Assembly (NCBI GenBank): GCA_030390025.1
Contig: CM059432.1
Location: 128,280,001-128,344,000, forward strand
Direction of reading: 5' to 3'
DNA length: 64,000 bases
Origin: Squalus acanthias
Taxonomy: Eukaryota
The notes beneath the pieces are model-generated. The model was not told where the DNA came from. It did no database searches and saw only the letters and a program-made list of their open reading frames with translations. Both the position numbers and the translations under genes were made by a program. This document shows, piece after piece, positions 12,165-25,641 of the stretch. How positions within the stretch are numbered: the first letter of the stretch is position 1; every line of letters begins with the position of its first letter.

Positions 12165-15100
12165 CTCCTCGCTCCCCCCTTCCGTCCCTCCTTTCCCCCC
12201 TTCCCTCCCTTCTTTCCCCCATCCCTCCCTCCATTCCCCATCCCTCCCTCATTTCCCCCCTTGCCTCCCTCCTTTCTCCCCCTTCCCTTCCCCCTTCCCT
12301 CCCTCCCTTCCCCCTTCCCTCCCTCCCTTCCCCTTCCCTCCCTCCCTTCCCTCCCTCCCTTCCCCCTTCCCTCCCTCCCTTCCCCCTTCCCTCCCTCCCT
12401 TCCCCTTCCCTCCCTCCCTTCCCCCTTCCCTCCCTCCCTTCCCCCTTCCTCCCTCCCTCCCTTCCCTCCCTCCCTTCCCCTCCCTTTCCTCCCCCCTCCC
12501 TTTCCCCCCTCCCTTTCCCCCTCCCTTTCCCCCCTCCTTTCCTTTCCCCCCCTCCCTTTCCCCCCCTCCCTTTCCCTTCCCCCCCTCCCTTTCCCCCCTC
12601 CTTTTCCCCCCCTCCCCCTTTCCCCCCCTCCTTTCCCCCCCTCCCTTCCCCCCCTCCCTTCCCCCCCCTCCTTTCCCTTTCTCCCCTCCCCCCTTTCCCC
12701 TCCCTCCCTTTCCCTTCCCCCCCCTCCCTTTCCCCCCCCTCCCCCTTCCCCCTTCCCCCCTCCCCCCCCTCCCTTCCCCCCTCCCTTCCCCCCTCCCTTT
12801 CCCTTCCCCCCTCCCTTTCCCCCCTCCCTTCCTCCCTCCCTTCCCCCTCCTCCTTCCCTCCCTCCCTTCCCTCCCTTCCTCCCTTCCCCCCTTCCCTCCC
12901 TCCCTTCCCCCCTTCCCTCCCTCCCTTCCCCCCTTCCCTCCCTCCTTCCCCCCTCCCTCCCCCTCCCTCCCTTCCCTCCCTCCCTTCCCCCCTTCCCTCC
13001 CTCCCTTCCCCCCTCCCTTCCCCCCTTCCCTCCCTCCCTTCCCCCCCTCCCTTCCCCCCTTCCCTCCCTCCCTTCCCCCCTTCCCTCCCTCCCTTCCCCC
13101 CTTCCCTCCCTCCCTTCCCCCCTTCCCTCCCTCCCTTCCCCCCTTCCCTCCCTCCCTTCCCCCCTTCCCTCCCTCCCTTCCCTCCCTCCCTTCCCCCCTT
13201 CCTTCCCTTCCCCCCTTCCTTCCCTTCCCCCCCTTCCCTTCCCCCCTTCCCTTCCCCCTTCCCTTCCCCCCTTCCCTTCCCCCCTACCCTCCCTCCCTTC
13301 CCCCCTACCCTCCCTCCCTTCCCCCTTCCCTCCCTCCCTTCCCCCCTTCCCTCCCTCCCTTCCCCCCTTCCCTCCCTCCCTTCCCCCCTTCCCTCCCTCC
13401 CTTCCCTCCCTCCCTTCCCCCCTTCCCTCCCTCCCTTCCCTCCCTCCCTTCCCCCCTTCCCTCCCTCCCCTTCCCTCCCTCCCTTCCCTCCCTCCCTTCC
13501 CTCCCTCCCTCCCCTCCCTCCCTCCCTCCCCTCCCTCCCTCCCCTCCCTCCCCTCCCTCCCTCCCCTCTCTCCCTTCCCTCTGTCCCTCCCCTCCCTTCC
13601 CTCCCTCCCCCCTCCTTTCCCTCCCCCCTCCCCTCCTTCCCCCTCCCCCCTCCCCTCCCTCCCTCCCTCCCTCCCCTCCCTCCCTCCCCCCCTCCCTCCC
13701 CTCCCTCCCTCCCCTCCCTCCCTCCCCTCCCCTCCCTCCCCTCCCTCCCTCCCTCCCTCCCTCCCTCCCTCCCTCCCTCCCTCCCTCCCTCCCTCCATCC
13801 CTCCCTCCCTCCATCCCTCACTCCCCCTTCCCCCTCCTTCCCCCTCCTTGCCCCTTCCCCCTCCTTCCCCCTCCTTCCCCCCCCTTCCCCCTTCCCCACT
13901 TCCCCCTTCCCCCTTCCCCACTTCCCCCTCCCCCCTCCCCCTCCCCCCTCCCCCTCCCCCTCCCCCCTTCCCCCTCCCGCCACCCTCTCTCTCCCCCCCC
14001 TCATCTCTCCTCCACCCCTCTCTCTCCCCCCTCTCTCTCACCCCTCCTCTCTCCCTCCCCCTCTCTCTTCCCCCCCCTTCCTCTCCACTCCCCCCCCCCC
14101 GCCCCTCCCCCCCCCCGCCCCTCCCCCCGCCCCCCCCCCCCTCCCCCCCCCTCACCCCCTCCCCCTCCCCCCCTCCCCCGCCCCCCTCCCCCCCAGCCCG
14201 CCTCTCCCCTCCCCCCTCCCCCCTCCCCCCCGCCCCTCTCCCCCCCCCCCTCTCCCCCCTCTCCCCCCCCCCGCCCCTCTCCCCTCCCGACCTCTCTCCC
14301 CCCCGCCCCTCTCCCCCCCCGCCCCTCTCTCTCCCCCCGCCCCTCTCGCCACCCCCGCCCCTCTCTCCCCCCGCCGCCCCTCTCCCCCCCCCGCCCCTCT
14401 TCCCCCCGCCCACTCTTCCCCCCCCCGCCCCTCGCCCCCCCGCCCCTCTCCCCCCCGCCCCTCCCCCCCCCCCTCTCCCCCCCGCCCCTCTCCCCCCCGC
14501 CCCTCTCCCCCCCCGCCCCTCTCCCTCCCCCCGCCCCTCTCTCCCCCCGCCCCTCTCCCCCCCGCCCCTCTCCCCCCCGCCCCTCTCCCCCCCGCCCCTC
14601 TCCACCCCCGCCCCTCTCCCCCCCGCCCCTCTCCCCCCGCCCCTCTCCCCCCCGCCCCTCTCCCCCCCGCCCCTCTCCCCCCCGCCCCCTCCCCCCCCGC
14701 CCCTCTCCCCCCCCGCCCCTCTCCCCCCCGCCCCTCTCCCCCCCGCCCCTCTCCCCCCCGCCCCTCTCCCCCCCGCCCCTCTCCCTCCCCGCACCTCTCC
14801 CCCCCGCCCCTCTCTCCGTCCCCCCTTCCCCTCCCCCTTCCCCTCCCCTCTCCCTCTCCCTCTCCCCTCCCCTCCCCTCGCCCTCGCCCCTCTCCCCCCC
14901 TCCCCTCTCCCCTCTCCCCCCTCCCCTCTCCCCCCTCCTCCTCCTCCTCCTACCCCCCTCCTCCACCCCCCCTCCTCCACCCCTTCCTCCACCCCTTCCT
15001 CCCCCTCCTCCCCTCCCCTCCTCCCCTCCCCCTCCTCCCCTCCCCCTCCTCCCCTCCCCCTCCCCCCTTCCCCCTCCCCCCTTCCCCCTCCCCGCTCCCC

Positions 15101-15976
15101 CCTTCCCCCCTTCCCCCCGCTCCCCCCTCCCCCCTCCCCCCTTCCCCCTCCCCCCTCCCCCCTTCCCCCTCCCCCCTCCCCCCTTCCCCCTCCCCCTTCC
15201 CCCTCCCCCCCCTTCCCCTCCCCCCTTCCCCCCTCCCCCCTTCCCCCTCCCCCTTCCCCCTCCCCTTCCCTCTCCCCCCCATCCCCCTCCCCCCCTTCCC
15301 CCTCCCCCCCTCCCCCTCCCCCCCTTCCCTCCCCCCTCCCCCCTTCCCCCTCCCCCTTCCCCCCCTTCCCCCCTCCCCCCCTCTCCCCCCCCTCTCCTCC
15401 TCCCCCCCTCTCCTCCTCCCCCTCTCCTCCCCCCCTCCTGCTTTTCCCCCCTCTCTCTTCCTTCCCCTCCCCTCTCTCTTCCTTCCCCCCTCTCTCTTCC
15501 TTCCCCCCCCTCTCTCTTCCTACCCCCCCCTCTCTCTTCCTTCCCCCCTCTCTCTTCCTTCCCCCCTCTCTCTTCCTTCCCCCCCCTCTCTTCCTTCCCC
15601 CCCTCTCTCTTCCCTTTCCCCCCTCTCTCTTCCCTTCCCCCCCTCTCTCTTCCTTCCCCCCCTCTCTCTTCCTTCCCCCCCTCTCTCTTCCTTCCCCCCC
15701 TCTCTCTTCCTCCCCCCCCTCTCTCTTCCTCCCCCCCTCTCTCTTCCTCCCCCCCCTCTCTCTTCCTTCCCCCCCCTCTCTCTTCCTTCCCCCCCTCTCT
15801 CTTCCTTCCCCCCCTCTCTCTTCCTTCCCCCCCCTCTCTCTTCCTTCCCCCCCTCTCTTCCTTCCCCCCTCTCTCTTCCTTCCCCCCCCTCTCTCTGCCT
15901 TCCCCCCCTCTCTCTTCCTTTTCCCCCCCTCTCTCTTCCTCCCCCCCCCCTTCTCTCTTCCTTCCCCCCCCCTTTC
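12165..15976. repeat. 3.8-kb C/T-rich low-complexity (polypyrimidine/polypurine) tract
   Basis: Almost only C and T on the plus strand, in successive sub-arrays of short degenerate units. Confidence 0.97.
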
Positions 15977-16095
15977 AGGAGTTGTTACATTAAGCTTAAT
16001 AAGAGTTCATTTTTCTCTCAAGCCAACATTCTTACAGGAAGTGTGGTCACAAAATACTTGTCTGCATTACCAAATTTATTCACTTTAATCATAAA

Positions 16096-18335
16096 AATTG
16101 GCTCCCGACCTCATTACAGCCTTGGTCCAAACATGGACAAAGGAGCTGAATTCCAGAGGTGATGTGAGAGTGACTGCCCGTGACATCAAGGTAGCATTTG
16201 ACCGAGTGTGGCATCAAGGAGCCCGAGTAAAACTGAAGTCAATGGGAATCGGGGGAGAAAACGCTCCACTGGCTGGAGTCATACCTACCACAAAGGAAGA
16301 TGGTTGTGGTGGTTGAAGGTCAATCATCACAGCCCTAGGACATCGCTGCAGGAGTTCCTCAGGGCAGTGTCTTAGGCCCAACCATCTTCAGCTGCTTCAT
16401 CAATGACCTTCCCTCCAACATAAGGTCAGAAATGGGGATGTTCGCTGATGACTGCACAGTGTTCAGTGCCATTTGCAACTCCTCAGATAATGAAGCAGTC
16501 CATGCCTGCATGCAACAAGACCTAGATGACGTTTAGGCTTGGGCTGATAAGTGGCAGGTAACATTCGCGCCACACAAGTGCCAGGCAATGACTATCTCCA
16601 ACAAGCGAGAGTCTAACCACCTCCCCTTGACATTCAACGGCATTACCATCGCCGAATGTGGCAACAAGAGCAGGTCAGAGGCTAGGTATTCTGCAGCGAG
16701 TGTCTCGCCTCCTGACTCCCCAAAGCCTTTCCACCATCTACAAGGCACAAGTAAGGAGTGTGATGGAATCAGCTCCAACTGAAGGGATGATTACTAGTCC
16801 TAGCCCGTTTAGGGCTACCCTGGACCAGGCGTATTCCTCAGACGTTCACTTTCAACTAAAGTTTGAGGTAGTCGAATTCTAAAGACGCTTAATTGGGTCT
16901 AAAGGTCCGGACTATCTCTCCCTAAAGGAAAGGAACAACCTGAAAATGTTACTGTCCTCCAGATAGCACTTTTAATAAGTTTAGCTAGACTGTAACATTC
17001 TGGATATTATGAGGGTCCGGAAAACTCCCCCAGAATTCTGCAACTCCTCACTAGAGTGTACAGAGATTGAGTTTGCAAGTTTTTGATACAGAAGTCTTAT
17101 GTGAGATAATTCTAAAAATATATAGATTTATTAAAGAACCGACATGCAGTTTATAGTTGGTGAGTCAATCACAACATTAACAGTTCCAAAAAGAGAAAAC
17201 TTACAATCCTATTATCAGAGAACCTTACTTTCAAATCTTAACTTCGCTACAGTTTCACAGTTCTTTAAAGTCTACAGGATATCCACCAAAATCAAATACC
17301 TTTGATCCCCGAGGTACAAAGAGTTGGAGACTTACAGAGCCACCTCCGAAGCCGAGAATCGCTTTGCCCGATTAAAGCGAGTCTGTTATCCCATTTGAGA
17401 GTTCAATATTTATACCCTTTTCCAGTGATATTTCCTTTAAGGTTTTCTGCTGATATAAGCTCATTATCTCTAGTCATTTTTCTGCTGACCTCTGCCAGAT
17501 TCATGTCTCATCTCGGGTGTTCTAAGTTTACCGTATAAAAAACGGTGTGACAGCAAGTGTTTCTTACTTTGTCATCTTTACGAGGGCAGATGTTCCTTAC
17601 TTTATGTGCTTCTTTACGAAGTGTAAATTAGAACACCTTAGCCAGGGTGAACCATTGTTTCGTTCCAAAAAGTTCAACCTGTCGGAGCCCTTAACCTTCT
17701 GTTTCAATAAAGTTATTTATTCAGGGTCAACAGCTATCTTATCTCAATAGCCAAAATGCTTTCATAGCTATTTCATAGTTAGGTTTCTAAATTTCCAAAC
17801 CCAGTTTGTCATGTTTTAATAAGGCCAGAATTCTTTCATAAGATGGTGTATTTTTCTGAATAGGTTATATGGCTTATTCCTTCACACAACACTCAAGAAG
17901 CTTGACACCATCGAGGACAAAGCAGCCCGCTTGATTGGCACCCCATCCACCACCTTAAACATTCACTCCCTCCACCACCAGCGTACCGTGGTTGCAGTGT
18001 GTACCATCTACAAGATGCACTGCAGCAACTCGCCAAGGCTTCTTCGGCAGCACCTCCCAAACCCGCGACCTCTTCCACCTAGAAGGACAAGGACAGCAGG
18101 TGCATGGGAACACCACCACCTCCAAGTTCCCATCCAAGTCACACACCATCCTGACTTAGAAGTATATCGCCGATCCTTCATCGTCGCTGGGTCAAAATCC
18201 TGGAACTCCCTCCCTAACAGCACTGTGGGAGTACCTTCACCACACGGACCGCAGAGATTCAAGAAGGCGGTTCACCACCGCCTTCTCAAGGGCAATTAGG
18301 GACTTGCCAGTGACGCCCACATCCCATAAAACACA
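16096..18335 (+). mobile_element. CR1-group LINE 'family B' 3' half, split by a solo LTR
   Basis: [23 protein letters not shown] and FADD motifs; resumes at ~17888 and ends in the tail aagggcaattagggac...gacgcccacatccc. Confidence 0.88.
16780..17884 (-). mobile_element. Solo LTR (~1.1 kb)
   Basis: Inverted termini TGAAGG...CCTTCA; interrupts the LINE at gctccaac|aacactcaag; degenerate 4-bp TSD caac/ca-c; minus-strand TATAAA (~17410) followed by AATAAA (~17128). Confidence 0.8.
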
Positions 18336-19299
18336 CTTTTTTTTAAATTGGTAATGTGACAAAAGCAAATTGGCCAAAGTATCAAAGACAGCAAAAGGAA
18401 GCAACAAACCATTAGTGAGTAATTTTAAACAAAACACAGTGTTGCACTGAAGCAGAACAGCAATGCTGCTATGATGTGATATATGCCTGCTGATAGACTA
18501 GTATGTTTAGTAACAGTTGTGGCATATTTTAGTCAATTTAGTGCAATACATTATACATGTTACTAGTACATAAACTGGGGAAAATTAGATCACTATCAAG
18601 CATTTCAAATATGGGCACCAAAGTATTATCATTCCAAAAAAAATATTCTCAGGGTCAGACTCGCTCTTTTTCAATGCTTCAATGTAATTTACTACCCAGT
18701 GCCCTCCTTCAATCCAGCTTCAAGAACTGTGCACATACTATTTAAACCTTGTCACAGGTAATTCAAATCCTCTATTTCAAACTCCCATTTTTTTCTCATT
18801 TGCCCATATGGCTATATACCCGCACAAACATATTTTCTATGAGCCCCATATATTTTGAAAATGATTATTTCTGCTTTAGTGTTGGGTATTTATATTTGTT
18901 TAGAAAAGAATTTCATCTACCTTAGATGTTATGATTTTAAATGGGATTAAAATTAGGGTGACAACAGTGCAAATAAAGGTAAAATGGCAGGTAATGATTT
19001 CATAATGTCATAGAAGACTTGGCACCTTCTCAAGGAAGAAAATTATTGATTGTGTTATTGCTGTACCCATGACTGCAGATACAAGTTTAATTAGTTTCTG
19101 TAGGTTTACTGTTCATAGGTGGTGCATGTGCTGGAAGTTAACACCACAGCCTGCATTGTTCAGCACATACCATTTATCATGAACAACTTTTATTGAACTA
19201 TACCTATTGCTTGTGATTGAAATGATGAAATATGCTGAATGTTGAAACTCCAACAACCATTTCCCTTTCAGTCAAGTGCTACAGAAAGCTTGCAATAAT

Positions 19300-20440
19300 A
19301 GACGCAGAAGGAAGTGGGGTTGAAAGGGGGTAGCGGGGTGTGGTTGGTGAGGGACACAAGGAAGTGGTTGGAGATAACCTTGCCTATGATCAAGATCGCG
19401 GGAGTAGAGAGGCCATGTAAATGGCAAGATTGAAGGGGTGGCCATTAATATGGATAGGAGAGTTATCTGGAGGGAGAGGTTTAAGAAGTAGGGGGGTAGT
19501 GAATTCAGAAGAGAGAGGTCAAGGGGAGCTGAGCTGGAGCTTGAAATCATCAAGGATGAGGAATTTTCTCAATACAGAGGCTGAGGGAGGAAAGGAGGGA
19601 GGATATCTTGGTGAGAAATTTACGTGTGGCTTCAGGAGAGGGCAGGCGCAATAGACAACAAGAGAGGAGGGTTGTAATAAGGGGAGGTGGTTGAAGGAGG
19701 AGAAGGATTTGGAAAAGAATCCCAGTGTGGATTTGGAGTTTGAAGCTCAGCTTGTTCAAACCGAATACTGAGGTTGCACACCATTATTTCAGCTTGAGTA
19801 AACATCTAGGAAAGTGGATGGGATCAGGGCTAAAAGCACAATTTCTGTCAAGACCCACACAGGATCACTTCAGCATTGCCATCGTTGAGCTGCAGAAAGT
19901 TTTGGCTCATCCATGCCTTTATGTCAGAGCACAGCAACAGTCATGGAATCGTGTGTTCTCTTTTGAGCAACCCATAAACAAATAGACTGTAACTAAACTT
20001 AAAACATTAAATGAAACTTATCAAATTAAATTAAAATTTTGTTGCCGGGGATGATGATGCACTCCAGTCCCTGCGGTGCCCACCAGTCGTGGAAGGCCTC
20101 GAGCGTGCCAGCGGATACTGCGTGCTCCATCTCCAGGGCCACCTGGGTGCGAACATAGCCGCGGAAGAGAGGCAGGCAGTCGGGCCGAACGACCCCCTCA
20201 ACTGCCCGCTGCCTGGACCAGTTAATGGCGACTTTGGCCAGGCCCAGGAGCAGTCCTACGAGGAGGTCCCCTGATCTGCCCGCTCCCCCCTGGAATCGTG
20301 CGTAAGGCTGAGTATCATCAGCATACATATGAAAGCTGACCAATGCTTATGGATGATATTGCCAAGAGGCAGCATATAGATGAGGAATTGGGGGAGGTCA
20401 AGGATGGAACATTGAAACGTACTGAATGACAGAACCAATT
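19300..20440 (-). mobile_element. Old L2 RT relic hosting a Tx1 insertion
   Basis: VSFHMYADDTQ at ~20310-20343; the purine-rich plus strand is typical of antisense L2. Confidence 0.55.
19957..20290 (-). mobile_element. 5'-truncated Tx1-clade LINE 3' end
   Basis: LLVGLLLGLAKVAINWSRQRAVEG, homologous to 60924-61498; 13-bp TSD tggaatcgtg(t/c)gt at 19944-19956 and 20291-20303. Confidence 0.85.
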
Positions 20441-20954
20441 ACTTAATTTGTTGAGTGACATTGCAGTCCTGATATTTCTCTCCGTACCTCACCTTTTCCA
20501 CACTCCCCCAGCCCAGAATTTTGCATAGCCTGTCATATCCTCTGTACAGGCCTTTACACTGGCAGGGCCTTATGCCTGGTAACTAAGTTAGGAATACAGA
20601 CACAGCTGTGAGCCTGAGTGGCTGTGGCTGTGGCTGCCAGGCTCAGGGCCCTCTGGCTGCTGTTCTGCAACAGCAGGGAGAGAACCTCCATCCTAGAAGA
20701 TCCATGGCAAGACTGCAAAAGAAGGTAGAACCCTTCTCAAACTTCATTTGCTTTGTTGCCTGGCCCCCTCAGCAATGTGATCACAGGAAAGCTAAGGCCT
20801 AAAACCAAGACATTTAAGGGGGCCTAGGTGCAAGGTCTAAAATCAGCTTCTTTAACCACCCCTCAAAATGGCATCCTTCCACATTGAGAGGAAATTGAGG
20901 CAGATGGGGCAGGAACCACAGCAACCACATCTGCAGTAAGTGTCTGCTGCACGA

Positions 20955-23313
20955 TGTAGGGGGTGGTGTGGTAGGGGTCAGCCTCACCTCTGACTCAGCG
21001 AGCGGTTCGAATCACTCCCACACCCCTGGTTCTGGACCTTGGACTTATTTGGGGGTTGTGAACAAAGATGTAGTAGACAACAGGTTCCGATGAAAGAATT
21101 TTGACTTATTAAAAGAAAAGGTAACAAACTTAAAACACACTTAACACTTAAACAGGTTGGGGAACACACGGTACAGGCGAGGGAGAATGACAATATACAA
21201 AAACCCTTATCCCGCCCAAAAATCCCACTATCTAGCTAGGTTTTGGTTTCAGGAGATCAGGGATAATGCTCACCAAACAGGGGTTTTGACAGTGCGAAAT
21301 CCAGCTAGGTAAGTTGATTGCGATTTTGAGGTACTCTCTTTTTGTCCTTTGGGGCCTGCCGTCCCCACGTGGTACCGGTCTGTGAAATCTGCGATGGTGG
21401 TCTGGTCGTCGAGTTTTGTTGTGTTGGAGGCTTGTCGGGGCGGTACCTTCTGGGGCTGGACCATGGGTTGAGCGATGCCGACTCGCTCCCAGCCTCCAGT
21501 GACCTTGGCTAGTGGCTGCTAGTGCTAGACCGTGTGCTGAGCGATGCCGACTCACTCCCAGTGGCCTCAGCTCTAGCCCTTGCCTGGCCTAGTCTGTCCT
21601 TGCCTCCGATCTCGCCCCGGGTCTGCCTCGTGGCCTTGCTGCTTCTCTCCTCCTCCTGCTCGTGTCGTGTGGCTGGTAGTGTCTTGCTGGAACTTGCTGC
21701 AACTGGAACAGAGCTGAGAGAGAGTTTCTTGGGGGATTAGGCCCTCAATTATACTGTTCAGACCCTTTGTCTTTTTCGCGCCAAAACCCCTTTCCTAAAT
21801 TGGTTTCGTGTTGAAGTGATTTAGGTTTCAGTTGAGGCCTGTTCATTCCATTGTCTTAGTTTTGCGGGCTTGTTAAGTTTTGCTGGTTTTAACTTGGTGT
21901 TAAATTGTCCTGATGGCTTCCGATGTCTCCCATTTAGGCAGGGCCTTTATCTACGCACCAAATCTTGTCCCTATAGATACCTGGCTGATTGGTTTTTGAT
22001 GAAGTAATGGCTGTACTAGATGTTTTATTGTTTACAGGCTTCTGGCATCCTGTTTGGGCCTGGGGATATTCAAAAGGTGTCTTGAATTATTCAATTTTGG
22101 ATGTGTTGTGAGGTTTTGGGTGAGGTTCTTCCTCCTGCCTGGATTGCAGTGCAAACAAATTCCAGACAGCTTGACTCCAAAAGCTGTCCACTGCCTCACC
22201 ACACCCCTTCGCAAAGGTGTTTTTTTTCCCATAGTCATTTTCAAAAGTAATTGGGGGATTAATTCAGTATCGCCCCATTTGGGGCGCAATTATCGGCCGG
22301 GTGCAAAGATTAGCGCCTGGCGCTAATTATCGCCACCGACTGCAAACTTGACTTTTATCGCCCCTGGAGGTGATTGGAGCGCTAAATCAGGCGCTTCACA
22401 CCTGTCTTAAGGCGCAAAGGCTGAGGAGCGAGGCGCTACCTCAGAGCGCTGGCGAAGCTCATGTAATGTCAGTCAGCAATGGAACACACACACAATGGCA
22501 CGGGCCAGTTCTTAAAGGGGATGGTTAATCTTGCTTTCCATCCACATCCTGCTCATTGCAGCCTTGAATCTCGGCCTGGAGAGACCTGCACATCAAATCT
22601 GCTGGAAAGAACAATGGAGAGTACCAGGCAAAGAGCTCAGAGTGCAGCCCCCACAGTCTCTACTAAATCGATACAAGGAATGGCAAATCAAAATGAACCT
22701 GCAAAGTGCTGCTCAGTACCCAAAATTCCTTCACACAACGTTGAATCTCTCCAGAAGTCTCTCTCTCTCTCTCTCAGAATGCGTAGTTCAAAAATGGCAC
22801 CAACAATAAAAGGCAGGAAGCGGTCACCTTTAAATAGCGCTCCCCATTTCCCTTCATGACTGCAGAACGCTCCCCTCAACCTGTCGTTGCTAGCGTCAGG
22901 CGGTAAGGCAGGGGGCGCCACTCAATATCCGCTCCGGTGCGATACCGGGGCGTTGCGCACTCGACTGACGTCACGATCTGCCGGCGCAGGAGATCGTGGC
23001 GGTAGTGTTTAGCGCCGCCGCAAAATGTCTAGTTAATTTCGCGAGCGGCGCAAACTTCGCCACGCCTGGGCGCTAGATGCTTTGCGCCCCATTAGCGCCC
23101 TCTTAAGGCGCTAACGGGAGGCGCAACCAACTGAATTTTTCCCCCATTTTTCCTTAGGGTTTTTCTTCCCTGATCTTTAAAATGTCCAAAACTGAGGTTT
23201 TTACCTCAAATCACTTCACTTATGTCCCATCATCCCAAATTCGTAGGAAAAATCCAAAAATCACCCCTTTTAGGGTTCTATACGAGTTTCTGGGGAATTT
23301 TGCGAAGCTTACA
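20955..23313 (-). mobile_element. Solo LTR inserted in CR1 ORF1, itself carrying a MITE
   Basis: Termini TGTA...TACA; 4-bp TSD acga/atga (CpG decay); the CR1 ORF1 sequence rejoins exactly on removal. Orientation inferred from a minus-strand TATAAT near 21750. Confidence 0.82.
22253..23145. mobile_element. Non-autonomous PIF/Harbinger-type DNA transposon (893 bp)
   Basis: TIRs GGGGGATTAATTCAGT / ACTGAATTTTTCCCCC (14/16 match); perfect 3-bp TSD ATT; GC-rich subterminal gcgcc/agcgc motifs. Confidence 0.82.
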
Positions 23314-25641
23314 ATGAGGAACTTTGGCTCAGAGTTGATGAGCTGGAGTCCGAGCTTCGGACACTGCGATGCATCAGGGAGAGGGAGGGTTACCTGGAAA
23401 CTTTGTTCCAGGAGGCAGTCATGCCCCTTAGGTTAAATACTTCAAATTTGGGCCGTGGTCAGGCACAGGAGGGTGTGACTACGAGTGAGGCAGGTATGGG
23501 GATCCAGAAGGTTGCATTGAAGGAGCCTCAGCCCTTGCACTTGTCCAACAGGTACGAGGCTCTTGCAGCCTGTGCAGATGAGAGCAGAGACTGCAGGGAG
23601 GATGAGGATGGTACAGGGGGCCATTCAAGTTGGGGGAGTAAAAAGGAATGTAGTAGTGGTAGGGGACATTATAGTTAGAGGGATAGATACTGTTCTCTGC
23701 AGCCGAGAGCGTGAGTCCCGAACGCTGTGTTACCTGCTCAGTGGCAGGGTTAAGGACATCTCCTCTGGGCTGGAGAGGAACTTGGAGTGGGAAGGGGAAA
23801 GATCCAGTTGTCGTGGTCCACGTAGGTACCAACGACATAGGTAAGACTAAGAAAGAGGTTCTGCTAAGGGAGTATGAGCAGCTAGGGGCTAAATTAAAAA
23901 GCAGAACCACAAAGGTAATAATCTCTGGATTACTACCTGAGCCACGAGCAAATTGGCAAAGGGTCAATAAGATCAGAGAGTTGAATGTGTGGCTGAAAGA
24001 TTGGTGTGAGAGAAATGGGTTTCGATTCATGGGGTACTGGCACCAGTACTGGGGAAAGAGGGAGCTGTTCCATTGGGACAGGCTTCACTTGAACCATGCT
24101 GGGATCAGTCCTGGCAAATCAAATAACTAGGGCTGTAGATAGGGCTTTAAACTAAATAGTGGGGGGGTGGGGTCAGGTGAGGGGAAATTTAAAAAGTCAG
24201 AGAAAGGACAAGGCAATACTGTAGGGTAGCGATAGGGGTAATGATAACCAGAGTGTGACAGGAAGAGACAGAGTGTCCAAATATAAGAATGCACCAGCAA
24301 ATAGGGTCAGAGTAGGGAAAAATGTTAAAAAGACAAAATTGAAGGCTCTTTATCTGAATGCACGTAGCATTTGTAACAAGTTAGGAATTGACGGCACAAA
24401 TACTAATAAATGCGTATGATCTGATAACCATTACAGAGACGTGGTTGCAAGGTGACCAAGGCTGGGAACTGAATATGCAGGGGTATTTGACATTTCGGAA
24501 GGATAGGCAGAAAGGAAAAGGAGGTGGGGTAGATCTGTTAATAAAGGATGAGATCAGTACAGTAGTGAGACATGATCTTGGCTCGAAAGATCAAGATGTA
24601 TAATCAGTTTGGGTGGAGATAAAAAATAGAAAAGGGAAGATGTCACTGGTAAGAGTAATCTATAGGACCCCTAACAGTAGCTACACTGTAGGACAAAGTA
24701 TAAATCAAGAAATAATGGAGGCTTGTCAGAAAGGTACTGCAATAATCATGGGCGATTTTAATCTTCATATCGATTGGACAAATCAAATTGGCAAAGGTAG
24801 CCTTGAGGATGAGTTAATGGGGTGCATTTGGGACAGTTTCTTAGAACAATACATTGTGGAACCAAACAGGGAACAGGCTATTTTGGATCTGGTAATGTGT
24901 AATGAGACTGGGTTAATTAATGATCTCATAGTAAAGGATTCTCTGGGGAAGAGTGATCATAACATGATAGAATTTCACATTCAGTTTGAGGGTGAGAAAC
25001 TTGGGTCTGAAACGAGCGTCTTAAACTTAAATAAAGGCAATTACAAAGGTATGAAGACAGAGTTGGCTAAAGTGGACTGGGGAAATAGATTAAGTGGTAA
25101 GACGTTAGATAAGCAGTGGCAGACATTTAAGGAGATATTTCATAACTCTCAAGAAAGATATATTCCAGTAAGAAAAAGACTGCAAGAAGGATGAACCATC
25201 TGTGGCTAACAAAGGAAGTTAAGGATGTTGTCAAATTCAAAGAAAAGGCATACAATGTTGCGAAGATTAGTGGTAGGCCAGAAGATTGGGAAATTTTTAG
25301 AAACCAGCAAAGGATGACTAAAAAAATTATAAACAGGGAGAAAATAGACTATGAGAGTAAACTAGCAAGAAATGTAAAAACAGACAGTAAGAGCTTCTAC
25401 AAGTATATAAAAAGGAAGAGAGTAGCTAAAGTAAAAGTTGGTCCCTTATAGGATGAGACTGGGGAATTAATAATGGGAAACAAGGAAATGGCAGAGACTT
25501 TGAACAAATATTTTGTATCTGTCTTCACGGTAGAAGACACTAAAAGCATCCCAATAATAGATAATCAAGGGGCAAAAGAGAGGGAGGAACTTAAAGCAAT
25601 CACTATCACTTGTAAAATGTACGAGGCAAACCAATTGGACT

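Noticed and set aside
12151..16088. Pro-rich 1275-aa and Gly/Arg/Glu-rich 617-945-aa ORFs
   Set aside because: Low-complexity C/T DNA lacks stop codons in most frames on both strands; no domain or frame-specific signal.
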